A DNA stretch of 25,646 bases from Anaerolineae bacterium (GTDB lineage Bacteria; Chloroflexota; Anaerolineae; B4-G1; DUEL01), in contig JBDOIF010000120.1 of NCBI GenBank assembly GCA_041082215.1, positions 62,001-87,646 of the forward strand, written 5' to 3'. A program made the translations under genes and the position numbers. The notes beneath the pieces are model-generated. The model worked only from the letters and a program-made list of their open reading frames with translations. It made no database searches and had not been told where the DNA came from. The number at the start of each line of letters is the position of its first letter. Position 1 is the first letter of the stretch. Positions 8,636 through 17,674 of the stretch are shown in pieces.

Positions 8636-10767
8636 CGCTTCCTCCACGCAGCCACCAGAGCGGAGGCCAGCACCAGCCCCGCCAGCCCCCGGGCCACCCA
8701 TGCGGCCGGGTGGGTGTGGGGTTGCCGGACGGTGAGCCTCGTCACCTCGATCCGATCCTCCGCAAGCCGCGTCCCCTCAGGGCCAAAGGCAGGGAGACGC
8801 TCGCCGGTCCGCCAGTCGTAGAGGCCGGCTGCCAGCAGGTACTCCCCTTCTGGCAGATCGGTCGGGAGCGGGATCGTGTGGGGGTCGGCGATCACCTCCC
8901 CTGGCGACCAGCTCCAGGTGGGCCGTGTGCCGTGGGCGGCCGCTCCGTCGTCCTGCCAGACCAGGTTGCCGGAGGGGTCCAGCAGATGGACGAAAATGCT
9001 CAGGTCGGCCGTCACCGGCCCGGTGGCCTGCCAGTAGAGGACGAAGGGAACCCGGTCGCCCGGCGCCGACCCGGTCGAGCGCAGGTCGTACCCCAGGAAG
9101 CGGAACGGCTCCCCCAGGCGGACCTGGACAGGGTGTTCGGGTAGTGCGTCGGAGGGGAGGACGGGGTAAAGCCAGGCGTAGGGGACTCCGTCAAAAGAGA
9201 CCTCGACCTCCGGGGTGCGAGGGGCATACCGCTCCCATGCGGCGGCCCATTCCTCGGCCTTGTAGTCCCGCGCAGTGTAGTTGCGGTGGAAGGCCAGGTA
9301 GTCGGCCGGTTGATCGAGGTCTACCGTCTTCCCCTGGAAGGTCTGGTTGAAGACGTGCTCGAGCTGGGCAGCGACGGTGAGCTGTTCGGCGTCGGGCCGA
9401 TTGTTCAGGTAGGCGGCCAGATCGGCCAGCCCTTCCCCCTCCTCGCCGATGAGGATAGAGCGGGCGGCGGCGGGCGGCCCCCCGGCCAGCCAGTTGAGCG
9501 CGGTGCCGTAGTAGGGGTGGCGGGGCAGGACCAGGGCCGCCTGGACCAGCAGGGGGAGCGCCATCAGCGCGGCGGCCCACTTCTGGCGGCTGCCCGCCAG
9601 CGCCCGCGCCCAGCCGACCACCCCGGCTGCCGCCAGAAGGTCCAGCGCCAGGATGGAAGGAAGGACGTAGCGGGGCATTTTTTTGGCACCCAATGACATC
9701 TGGACCAGGAAGAAGAAAGCATAAATGAGCAGTAACAGGGAGTCCATTCCAGTGGGAGAGAAGGGCTGCCTGCGGATCCACCAGCCGATTCCCAGGATCG
9801 CCGCGACGGTCATGAAGGTCAGTTCGACCTCTCCAGAACGGAAGAGGAGGGCCACGCCATAGAAAATCGGTCCCGGATCTTCGTGGAGCACCTGGCCCAG
9901 AAAATAGGTCGGGGTATCGTGAGCGGTGCTGGCATGGTGGGTGATGCCCCAGGTCACCGCTTCAAGCCCCCGCTGAAAATCCACCCAAAGGGCAGGGAAG
10001 AGAGCCACGTAGACAAGGGCGGCGATCGCCAGCCACAGGGTGAGCGGGAGGAGCAGGTGGGTGAGGAAGAGGCGTGAGGTATGAAGTGTGATCTGTAATC
10101 CGTGATCTGTCAGCAGGCCGACCAGCAGCACAAGTCCGGCATAGGGGATGAGGAAGAGAGCCGGGGTTTTGACCAGCATCGCCAGCCCCCCCAGTCCGCC
10201 GGAGAGGAGGAGCCAGCGAAGGCGGCGCTGACGGCGGTAGAGGAGCATCGCCAGCGCCGAAAGAAGCATCAGTGTTGCCATCCAGGCGTCCAGGTGGAGG
10301 ATCTTGGACTGGGCCAGGTAGTAGGGGCTGAGGGCCAGGAGGAACCCTCCGACAACCGCTGTGGCCTGGTCGAAGAGGCGGCGCAGCATCCCGTAGGCCC
10401 CCACGACGGAAAGGGAGATGAGCAGGGCAAGGGGGAACAGGCCAGCGGCGATCTCTGAGACGGGCACCGGGCCGTAGAAGTGGGTTGCTTCGAAGTCGGG
10501 GGGGACGGTGTAGGCGGCAGGCGCGATGCCGTAAAAGGTCCAGTACAGTTTCAGAGCGATCCCCACTGGCCACATCAGTCCCACCCCCGGGTGCTCGGAA
10601 TAGACCGTGTAGGCCCAGTTCCCTGCCAGCATCGCGTCAATGAAGTGGGCAGAGCGGAGGTACCAGACCAGCGGTCGGGAGACCGGGTGGATGGCGCGCG
10701 GAAGGAAGGCGACAAGGAAAAGCAGCACCGGGAAGGTATATCTGGAAAGCGACTTTGACAGTTTCAT
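8632..10767 (-). CDS. GT-C glycosyltransferase-like protein (ArnT/PMT_2-like) with C-terminal module and terminal TM helix (711 aa)
   Basis: Polytopic membrane protein with HPG, SKILHLD, LVKTP and KKMPRY motifs. C-terminal module FLGYDL...LYWQA...IFVHLLD...PEGEYLL, ending in a hydrophobic helix plus WRKR. Confidence 0.85.
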   Translation of the reverse strand: MKLSKSLSRYTFPVLLFLVAFLPRAIHPVSRPLVWYLRSAHFIDAMLAGNWAYTVYSEHPGVGLMWPVGIALKLYWTFYGIAPAAYTVPPDFEATHFYGPVPVSEIAAGLFPLALLISLSVVGAYGMLRRLFDQATAVVGGFLLALSPYYLAQSKILHLDAWMATLMLLSALAMLLYRRQRRLRWLLLSGGLGGLAMLVKTPALFLIPYAGLVLLVGLLTDHGLQITLHTSRLFLTHLLLPLTLWLAIAALVYVALFPALWVDFQRGLEAVTWGITHHASTAHDTPTYFLGQVLHEDPGPIFYGVALLFRSGEVELTFMTVAAILGIGWWIRRQPFSPTGMDSLLLLIYAFFFLVQMSLGAKKMPRYVLPSILALDLLAAAGVVGWARALAGSRQKWAAALMALPLLVQAALVLPRHPYYGTALNWLAGGPPAAARSILIGEEGEGLADLAAYLNNRPDAEQLTVAAQLEHVFNQTFQGKTVDLDQPADYLAFHRNYTARDYKAEEWAAAWERYAPRTPEVEVSFDGVPYAWLYPVLPSDALPEHPVQVRLGEPFRFLGYDLRSTGSAPGDRVPFVLYWQATGPVTADLSIFVHLLDPSGNLVWQDDGAAAHGTRPTWSWSPGEVIADPHTIPLPTDLPEGEYLLAAGLYDWRTGERLPAFGPEGTRLAEDRIEVTRLTVRQPHTHPAAWVARGLAGLVLASALVAAWRKR
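10074..10108. repeat. Degenerate heptamer repeat inside a CDS
   Basis: gtgaggt atgaagt gtgatct gtaatcc gtgatct; encodes part of the TDHGLQITLHTSR loop between TM helices. Confidence 0.55.
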
Positions 10768-10804
10768 CGGGGTGGATTGTAACGCAAGAGGTGGCTTAGG
10801 GCAA
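10768..10804 (-). promoter_or_regulatory. sigma70-type promoter, near-leaderless, for the left GT-C operon
   Basis: Minus strand reads TTGCCC (10804-10799)-N17-TACAAT (10781-10776)-CCACCCCG-ATG; no SD sequence. Confidence 0.65.
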
Positions 10805-10851
10805 GGGGGGCCACCAATAGCAACGAATACACGAATGCAGGTAACAACGAT

Positions 10852-10879
10852 GTAGGGGCACGGCTCGCCGTGCCCCTAC
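10852..10879. repeat. GTAG-class REP-like palindrome (possible terminator or RNA-stabilising hairpin of the PKD gene)
   Basis: GTAGGGGCACGGC-TC-GCCGTGCCCCTAC is a perfect 13-bp inverted repeat starting with GTAG, 21 nt past the stop at 10901. Confidence 0.8.
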
Positions 10880-10900
10880 TACCCTTCTTACCCGATACTT

Positions 10901-12910
10901 CTAGTTCGAACGAAGGATCAGCGGCAGGTAGACCCTCCTGACATCCATAACCAGGGCGAAATCGCCGAAGGCGGACGGCGTCGCTACCAGTTGGTCATTT
11001 GCCGTATCCAGCGTGGCCGGGACCGGCTCCCAGGAGCCTGTAGCGGGGACCCATTGGTACAATGTGAGCCGTTTCTCAAAGGGAAGGAGGTCCAGCACAT
11101 CGGTGAAGTAATCGTAATCATAGAAGAGGGTGATCGTGTACGTGCCGTTGACCTCCTCGATGGGCTGGCCGTCGGCAAGGGAGCGGGCGCTCAGGGTGAA
11201 TCCCTGGTAGGTGAAATCACCCAACAGCGCTCCGTGGGGCACGGTCAACCAGGGGGTGTGGGTGATCACCAGCCCGTTGCTGATGAGATCGCCTCCCACT
11301 GTGTCGGTATACACGCCTACCTGGACCGTGCCATCAACCGAGACCAGCGTCCCGCCGCTGCCGGTGATGATCTGGCTGGCCGTCGGTGGGATGATGTCCA
11401 CTGCCTGGCGGGCGGTGTCGGTTATCCCATCCGCATCCTCCACCTGGAGGGTAGGCCAGTACCGTCCCAGATGGGGATAGGTATGGCTTTGAACCTGGGT
11501 CACACTGACCACCCCTGTGTCCCACACATCGTCCCCTTCCCAATCCCAGAGGGCTTCCAACTGGGACTGGGGAGTCTCCACGTCGGTGCTGCCGGAGGCA
11601 TCGAAATCAACCTGGGCCCATGTGGTCGGGGTGAACGTGAATGTAGCCGTAGGCGGATACCCGCTGAGGATATCCTGCGTCGCCGTCGCGGTCATCGCAT
11701 CGGTATCCCGAACCACCAGGCACACCGTGTGCAGGCCACCTGTAGCGAAGCTATGGTTGGCCGTCTTGGTCTTCGCCCAGGAGGTGTCACAGGTGCCGTC
11801 GTTGTCCCAATCCCAGCAGACCTCCAGGGACGAGGTGTAATCCTCCGCGTCGCTGCTCCCCGAGGCATCGAAGGTGTACACGGTTCCAGGCGGCCGGGGG
11901 ATGGCGGGGTTCGGCGAGACGGTGAAGGTGGCGGTGGGAGCGGTGGTTATGCCCACGCGGGTGGCCTCAGTGGTTCGCCAGTTCCGGTAGTCAACGCCAT
12001 TCGTTACCCAGGAACCGCTGCCTCCGTTGCTCCCCAGGCCGCAGGCATCGCCCGCCCCGGACGCATCGTAGGGGCCACTGGCTGCTCCCCACCAGTTATT
12101 CTGGGCGTCAATGCAGAAGCTGCCTGGGGCATCGTTCTGGACGCCATACTCGCCTGCTGGGGTCCAGATGTTCGAGTTGTTGATGCGAAGGCTGGAGGTC
12201 CCCACGCGTCTCCAGACGGTTCGGCCCTTCCCGACAGCCCGCTTATCCAGCGAGCTGCCGGTGACCACCACGCTGGCGTTCTCCCCGACGACGAGGTCCA
12301 CTTTGATGTTGTCTGTGAAAAGCGAGCCAGCGATGGTCAGGTGTGCGTTCCCCTCGGCGACAAGCCCGAACTGGTCGCCGTCTCTGATCTGGCACATATT
12401 GAGCACGTGGGTTCCGGTCCCCTGGTAGTGGAGACTGGCGTTTTCGTCGCTGGAATCCGCGCCAGCTCCGAGGACTTCCACGTAGCGGAGGTAAGAAGAG
12501 GAACTCCCGTGGAACCATATCTTCTTCCACCGCTTGCGCTCACCGGTGACGGGGTCTGTATACCGGTCGAATACGATGTGCTGAGATGGGGTGCCCTTGG
12601 CGATCAGAGAGGCCCCGTCCCACACGTGGATGTGAAGTTTGGGGTCGACCCATATCTGCACCCCCGGCTCGATAGTTAACGTGGCACCGGGCATGATGTC
12701 CAGATCGGCTACGGTGATGTGGTAGGGGCTGTTGGCCAGGGTCCATGTCGTGTCGGTTGTGATGTCCGTGTTGATGATGGTCTCGGCTGGCGCTGCCGGT
12801 CGCTGCCAAGAGATGGCCTGACCCGATGTCAACAGAGAGACGAAGAGGATGCAGAAGGCAAGCAACAGGGTGACAAGTCCTTTCGATATGCGCACAAGAG
12901 AGTGGGACAT
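10901..12910 (-). CDS. Secreted/surface protein: signal peptide, right-handed beta-helix region, two PKD domains, C-terminal YLPLILR motif (669 aa)
   Basis: Start at ATG 12910 (MSHSLVRISKGLVTLLLAFCILFVSLL) with a GGAGG RBS. DTTWTLANSPY...LTIEPGV and DAQNNWWG mark the beta-helix region. FDASGSSD...WDWDNDG and FDASGSTD...WDWEGD are PKD signatures. The protein is Thr-rich and ends VYLPLILRSN. Confidence 0.85.
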   Translation of the reverse strand: MSHSLVRISKGLVTLLLAFCILFVSLLTSGQAISWQRPAAPAETIINTDITTDTTWTLANSPYHITVADLDIMPGATLTIEPGVQIWVDPKLHIHVWDGASLIAKGTPSQHIVFDRYTDPVTGERKRWKKIWFHGSSSSYLRYVEVLGAGADSSDENASLHYQGTGTHVLNMCQIRDGDQFGLVAEGNAHLTIAGSLFTDNIKVDLVVGENASVVVTGSSLDKRAVGKGRTVWRRVGTSSLRINNSNIWTPAGEYGVQNDAPGSFCIDAQNNWWGAASGPYDASGAGDACGLGSNGGSGSWVTNGVDYRNWRTTEATRVGITTAPTATFTVSPNPAIPRPPGTVYTFDASGSSDAEDYTSSLEVCWDWDNDGTCDTSWAKTKTANHSFATGGLHTVCLVVRDTDAMTATATQDILSGYPPTATFTFTPTTWAQVDFDASGSTDVETPQSQLEALWDWEGDDVWDTGVVSVTQVQSHTYPHLGRYWPTLQVEDADGITDTARQAVDIIPPTASQIITGSGGTLVSVDGTVQVGVYTDTVGGDLISNGLVITHTPWLTVPHGALLGDFTYQGFTLSARSLADGQPIEEVNGTYTITLFYDYDYFTDVLDLLPFEKRLTLYQWVPATGSWEPVPATLDTANDQLVATPSAFGDFALVMDVRRVYLPLILRSN

Positions 12911-13050
12911 GTATATAACCCTCCAATCATATGCGATATGGTCTACGACGCCTAAGTCGCTAGATATGTTATTTTCTTCAACCACAAGAAAAACGCAAGT
13001 CGTTCATCCGAATACCCGATATGAGTCAACAGATTCTCCCGCCCGCCCAC

Positions 13051-13241
13051 CAGGGTGGGAATGACCCCCATAGCTGGCTGACCGTCGTGGATGACCAGCC
13101 ATTACCCCTCCTCGTCCATCAACCGCACGCTGGTGTGATCGTCCTGTACCAGTAGTCGCAGGCTCACCAGCACCAGGTCTACCACCACCGGCTCCCCCGG
13201 CGGCGCGGGTCACCCCGCACCCCCACCAGCGCCAGGTCCTC
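13051..13241 (-). pseudogene. Decayed fragment duplicating part of the 3' region of the DUF2723 gene (copy of 20317-20508)
   Basis: Manual alignment gives 21 substitutions plus a 1-bp deletion over ~191 nt (~88% identity), including a TGG->TAA nonsense change relative to the intact gene. Confidence 0.9.
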
Positions 13242-13298
13242 TCTGCGAGGAGAAGTTGCTCCCCAGACGGTCAGCAGTTCCAGCTTTCTGTCTTAGCT

Positions 13299-15014
13299 TC
13301 ATCTACTCCGGTGGGGGTATGCTTCAATGACGTCCGCCTCCATCCCGATGCAGTAGACAATCAACTCCGCGTCAGAATGGCAAATCGTGTAGAGAGATGA
13401 CCCTTCAAGATAGCTCACTAATGCTTCGAGCAGATCCATCGACATTTGGTCGGGATGGATGATAATGTAGCTTACGCCAGCCTCGGCCAATACGCCTAAC
13501 TCCGTTGTCGGATTCCCTGCGGGGGGAACTCTCCGCCACATACTCTCCAAGAACCGATTTGCCTCGATAAAAGCATAGGCACCGGTCGGTGGACGGGAGA
13601 CATGCCCAGTGATAGTCGGATGCCCGTGGATGGTTTGGTAAAACATGTAGAGTTTGGATAGATCGTTGGTGATCGGCAGGTCTACGATGGCAGAATTGGC
13701 TGGCTCAGCAGTGAGACTGTGATAAAACGAAGGGATGTCGGGCGAGGTGGTGGGAAATGGCCAGGCCCAATATTCTAGCATGATCAGAGCGCCAATCAGA
13801 AAGGGTGTGCTTTTCTGAAGCGATCCAGACACACGGCGCAGGAAATCTCTAGTTGCTAGGCCCACTGCCATAGCTAGGCACAGCGCTACGAGGATGTTGA
13901 ACCGCTCCGGCTCACGCAGCGAGCTCACTGGCACCGTCCAGCCGACCAGGCGGTAGGGCAACAGGATATGGGGGTAGGGCGTACCGCTGACACGGGGAAA
14001 GGGGCCCAGGGCCAAAACTAAGAAGCATAGCATGCTTATCCACCAGAAGCGTTCTCCCCTTCTCCTCTTACACACTAGACCGTAGGCAGCCAGAAGCAAG
14101 GGGACATATCCCAGTGCCACGGCGTGATCCTTATTTCGCAGGAACTGGCGATGGATCGGCTCGGCCACATTTCCCCATAGCGGATGGTAAAGGTTGGGCA
14201 ACAGGTAAGCTACAAGGTCAGTCTGGGTCTCCCCTTCTTTGGCCGTGTAGGGGTCCTGCCCTTGGGGATTTATGAACCATTCCCACACAACAGGTACCAG
14301 GAGTGGCCCCACAAACACCAGAAGAGTAACAGTTGCTGCCAGCAATGCCCGCCAATTCCCCTTAGCCCAGTCGTGCCGTTCTGTCAACCAGGCATAGGGG
14401 AGCCAGAGAGCGGCTAACATCCCGCTCAGCGTTAAGAGATGCCAGCCAGACAAGCCAGAGAGAGCGAAGAAGAGCCCGGCCAGCAAGCCATCCCGGATAT
14501 GCCCTTGACGTACCGCTCGCATCAAAAATAAGAGCGAAAAGGGGATCCATTGAATACTAAGCAGGTTCAGATGGTTGCGCTGGGCAAAGTGATAGGGGAA
14601 AAAGGTGTAAATTAGGCCGGCAATCAGGGCAGCTTGCCGGTCGCCCACGACTTCCAGGGCCAAAAGGTAGGCCCCCAAACCGGCCAGGGGCCAGCTCCAC
14701 CATACGGTGAAGTTGTAGGCTGCTACATCCCCGATGAGATCTTTCAGCAGCCACCAGACCCCTGTGTTTAGCCAGGAGAAGCTGTGGAAATAGAGGTTTA
14801 CCCCAAGTGGGTAGAAGATCATATTGGTGTGATATGGGTTCTGCCCGGCACTCAATGCGCGGGAAATCCACCAGTTGTCCCACTGGAAAATGTACATATC
14901 GAACCCATTGCCCGCCAGTCGATCGGTAAAGTGCGTTATCAAAGGCCAAGTGTAGGCCAGAGCGATGACCGTGTAAAGGCAGAGAGTTATAAGCCATGAG
15001 CGCGGCCGATTCAT
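13299..15014 (-). CDS. GT-C membrane glycosyltransferase (YfhO-related type; 571 aa), lower GC
   Basis: Motifs GFDMYIFQWDNWW, NMIFYPLG, NHLNLLSIQWIPF, LREPERF and YMFYQTIHGHPTITGHVSR. ATGA overlap with the upstream gene. Confidence 0.82.
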   Translation of the reverse strand: MNRPRSWLITLCLYTVIALAYTWPLITHFTDRLAGNGFDMYIFQWDNWWISRALSAGQNPYHTNMIFYPLGVNLYFHSFSWLNTGVWWLLKDLIGDVAAYNFTVWWSWPLAGLGAYLLALEVVGDRQAALIAGLIYTFFPYHFAQRNHLNLLSIQWIPFSLLFLMRAVRQGHIRDGLLAGLFFALSGLSGWHLLTLSGMLAALWLPYAWLTERHDWAKGNWRALLAATVTLLVFVGPLLVPVVWEWFINPQGQDPYTAKEGETQTDLVAYLLPNLYHPLWGNVAEPIHRQFLRNKDHAVALGYVPLLLAAYGLVCKRRRGERFWWISMLCFLVLALGPFPRVSGTPYPHILLPYRLVGWTVPVSSLREPERFNILVALCLAMAVGLATRDFLRRVSGSLQKSTPFLIGALIMLEYWAWPFPTTSPDIPSFYHSLTAEPANSAIVDLPITNDLSKLYMFYQTIHGHPTITGHVSRPPTGAYAFIEANRFLESMWRRVPPAGNPTTELGVLAEAGVSYIIIHPDQMSMDLLEALVSYLEGSSLYTICHSDAELIVYCIGMEADVIEAYPHRSR

Positions 15015-17671
15015 CGTACCACTTGTATCCTGTTGATTTCGACGGCTCTCACTTCTGCCCCAGGCACATCCGCCAACACCGGCAGCCGCTCCAGGCTCGG
15101 CCAGAGGTAAACACCGGTCAAGAGCCGGTACTCTCCTGGGATCAGGGTTTCGGGCAGCCGTAGGACGACGGAGTGACCATAAACAGCTTCCACCGGCCAG
15201 AAGGGCAAGAGCCGGTCCACTAATGGTGTATCGTCCTGGGCAGACAGGCTACCGTCAGGAGACAGCAAATGAACGAAGAACACGTACCGCTCATCTACGG
15301 GTACCGACGCTTGCCAGTACAAGGTTACTGTCAGTGTGTCACCGGGTCGAAGCGTTGGGCTACTGATATTCCAACCTCGCAGGGAGACCTGATCTCCGAG
15401 GTTCACCTCCACGCTCATCCCGGCCGGTTGGTCTTCCAGAGGAACAAAGCGGATCTGGTCGAAAACGAAAGTACGACAGGTGAACCGGACAGCCTCGGAT
15501 TCGCAGAGTGGCTGCTCCTCTCTTGTCGGGGGAGATAAGAGAGCATCGGCCCAACAACGCGGATCATCTAGCGTCTCAATACAACCGTCCGCTGCCCGGA
15601 AATGGAATGTGTTCATCCCCTGGTTTAATCTGACAGGTTGCGTAGTGTAAATAACCCGGTCCCCTACGATGAAACTGTCAATATGCTTATCTCCCTGATA
15701 AATCTCCAGCACCGGAAATGTCATATGAGAGTCAACGGTGAATTGCAGGCTCCCTGTCGTTGAAAGTGTTGAGTATAAGTAAAGACTTCCCCGCTCATCC
15801 ATCCATCGCCGCCAGCGGCTGCCGTCATGCTCTGGAGGATGCCAGCCCTGTTGGCTCAGGGCATAGAGAAAGGGAGTATCAGGTGAGGATGCATCCTCGG
15901 GCACAGGGAACACGGCCACCAACTCATCCTCGTATTTCGGAGGGCCGAGCAGGGTTTGGATAAAGTCGCGGTAGAAGATATCTGCATCCGGGGACAGTTT
16001 CTCGTATGTCAGGTAGTGAAAGACCACATAATCAACATTGAAATGGCGAAGCCACGCAACTCGCTGGGTTTGATCTGGCCGAGGGACGATGTCGCCTGGA
16101 GCTGGGTCTGGTTCAGCAAGGCCAAGGATGGCCTCCGACCACGGAATCTCCTCCGGCACGATGCGATGCGTTAAGCCATCGACAATAGGGCGCGGCACGA
16201 ACGTCTGGTAGTAGAGAGCGCGGTCGTTTACCTGGCGGCGTGTCATCGGAACGTGGAGCAGTGCACCGTCCCCGGGCTCCGCGCGGATGCGCTGGATGCT
16301 AGGAGGAATCTCAGCCGTCCCTGTTGGGAAGGGCCAGATGATCACGTATTCAAAGAGTGTCCCTAACACGACGATCCCAATGAAAAAGTAAGCCCATCGG
16401 GGGCGGCGTGCTGTCCAGGACAGGAGATGGGACATGCCATAGGCGGCGAGAATTGAGACAGCGAACATCGTTGTGCCGTTCAGACGACCCGGTGTACGTC
16501 CGATCCCAAACATGGGTAACGTCTTCAATAAAGCATAGGGAAGCACAATATAACTTTGGTGCTCGTCTACCTGAAGAACCTCTAATTTCCCTCCCATCTT
16601 GAGTAGGGGTCCTAGAGACAGAACTGCAGTGGATATGGCGAGTATGCCCCAAATCTTCCCCTCTCGCTTCTGGCGTATTGCTCCCCACACCGCCAATGTG
16701 GTCGCAATGAGGCCAGGATATGCAAGACCTTCCCGCAAGGAGCGTATATTGGGAAAGATTGCTTTTGAGAACGAAGACCACCACCCCACCAGGCGCAGTA
16801 AGGGGTGATACGGGGAAGGCGTAAAGAAGGCCAGAAGATCGGTGGCATGTTCGACGGTTCCGGGCTCCAGGAGGTAGGTTTCCTGATCTAGAGAAAGGAA
16901 CACCGTTGGGAGGAGAAAAGGAGCGACAACCAGGAAACAGATCAAGAAGATGCCAACCACCCACGCTATGCGGCGACGATCGAAGAGGGCTTTCCTCAGC
17001 TCCAGTCGCTCGAGGCAGAGTACAATTGCTGTGAGAGGAAGTAGAAAATACGCTAGGTGCATCACGTGAATCAGGCTGGCAATAGCAAGGATAAAGATAG
17101 CAGGAAGAGCAGTCCTCCATCCGGGCGTCCGGATGGCTCGGCGCAAGAATAGCACATAGAGGGGAAACCACTGCATACTGATCTGCGGGAGGTGCCCACC
17201 CAACACATGCCCCATCTTGTTGGGGAAGATGGAAAAAATCAGGCCCCCTACCAGCCCGGCACGGGGATCTCCTGTCAGCTCAGTGCAAAGCCAATACATT
17301 GTGAAGCCACTAAGAACAAGGGCCGATAAAACCTGAAGATTATAGGTGATCGCAGGTGAGACCAACAAAGAGAAAGGCAAAGCAAGCAGATACATTCCTG
17401 TCATCGAGAGAACAAACGGGTGCTCGACGCCATAGGGATGGTTCATCAATGAGAGATAGCCCAGCTCTTTGTCAGAATTGAGGATGGCTTCCTTAGCCCA
17501 CCAGAGGGCCCACGTATACGCATAAGCGTCTCGATATTCTTCGCCGACAATCCTTGTATTCATATACAGAGGGATAGGGTAGGTCACGGCAAGCGTAACA
17601 AAAGTGTACAAGCCCAAAGCAGCAAGGGCCCAGCAGAGCCGCGAGCAGTGTTTTTTGGGGGACTTCTTCAT
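15011..17671 (-). CDS. GT-C membrane glycosyltransferase, same subfamily as 13299-15014, plus C-terminal module (886 aa), lower GC
   Basis: Motifs RDAYAYTWALWW, GHLPQISMQWFP, GRTPGRL and ALYYQTF. C-terminal module LRGW...TLYWQA...FFVHLL...PGEYRLLTGVY. Starts 3 nt after the upstream stop. Confidence 0.82.
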   Translation of the reverse strand: MKKSPKKHCSRLCWALAALGLYTFVTLAVTYPIPLYMNTRIVGEEYRDAYAYTWALWWAKEAILNSDKELGYLSLMNHPYGVEHPFVLSMTGMYLLALPFSLLVSPAITYNLQVLSALVLSGFTMYWLCTELTGDPRAGLVGGLIFSIFPNKMGHVLGGHLPQISMQWFPLYVLFLRRAIRTPGWRTALPAIFILAIASLIHVMHLAYFLLPLTAIVLCLERLELRKALFDRRRIAWVVGIFLICFLVVAPFLLPTVFLSLDQETYLLEPGTVEHATDLLAFFTPSPYHPLLRLVGWWSSFSKAIFPNIRSLREGLAYPGLIATTLAVWGAIRQKREGKIWGILAISTAVLSLGPLLKMGGKLEVLQVDEHQSYIVLPYALLKTLPMFGIGRTPGRLNGTTMFAVSILAAYGMSHLLSWTARRPRWAYFFIGIVVLGTLFEYVIIWPFPTGTAEIPPSIQRIRAEPGDGALLHVPMTRRQVNDRALYYQTFVPRPIVDGLTHRIVPEEIPWSEAILGLAEPDPAPGDIVPRPDQTQRVAWLRHFNVDYVVFHYLTYEKLSPDADIFYRDFIQTLLGPPKYEDELVAVFPVPEDASSPDTPFLYALSQQGWHPPEHDGSRWRRWMDERGSLYLYSTLSTTGSLQFTVDSHMTFPVLEIYQGDKHIDSFIVGDRVIYTTQPVRLNQGMNTFHFRAADGCIETLDDPRCWADALLSPPTREEQPLCESEAVRFTCRTFVFDQIRFVPLEDQPAGMSVEVNLGDQVSLRGWNISSPTLRPGDTLTVTLYWQASVPVDERYVFFVHLLSPDGSLSAQDDTPLVDRLLPFWPVEAVYGHSVVLRLPETLIPGEYRLLTGVYLWPSLERLPVLADVPGAEVRAVEINRIQVVR

Positions 17672-17674
17672 TGC

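Noticed and set aside
12960..13000. sigma70 promoter for the PKD gene (TTGCGT-N16-GAAAAT)
   Set aside because: The -10 match is too weak to call, although the AT-rich region probably contains a promoter.
13004..13213. 69-aa ORF in the intergenic region
   Set aside because: It is an alternative-frame reading of the decayed DUF2723 fragment.
17651..17661. T6G5 run near the start of the 886-aa gene as a phase-variation tract
   Set aside because: The runs are too short to be distinguished from chance.
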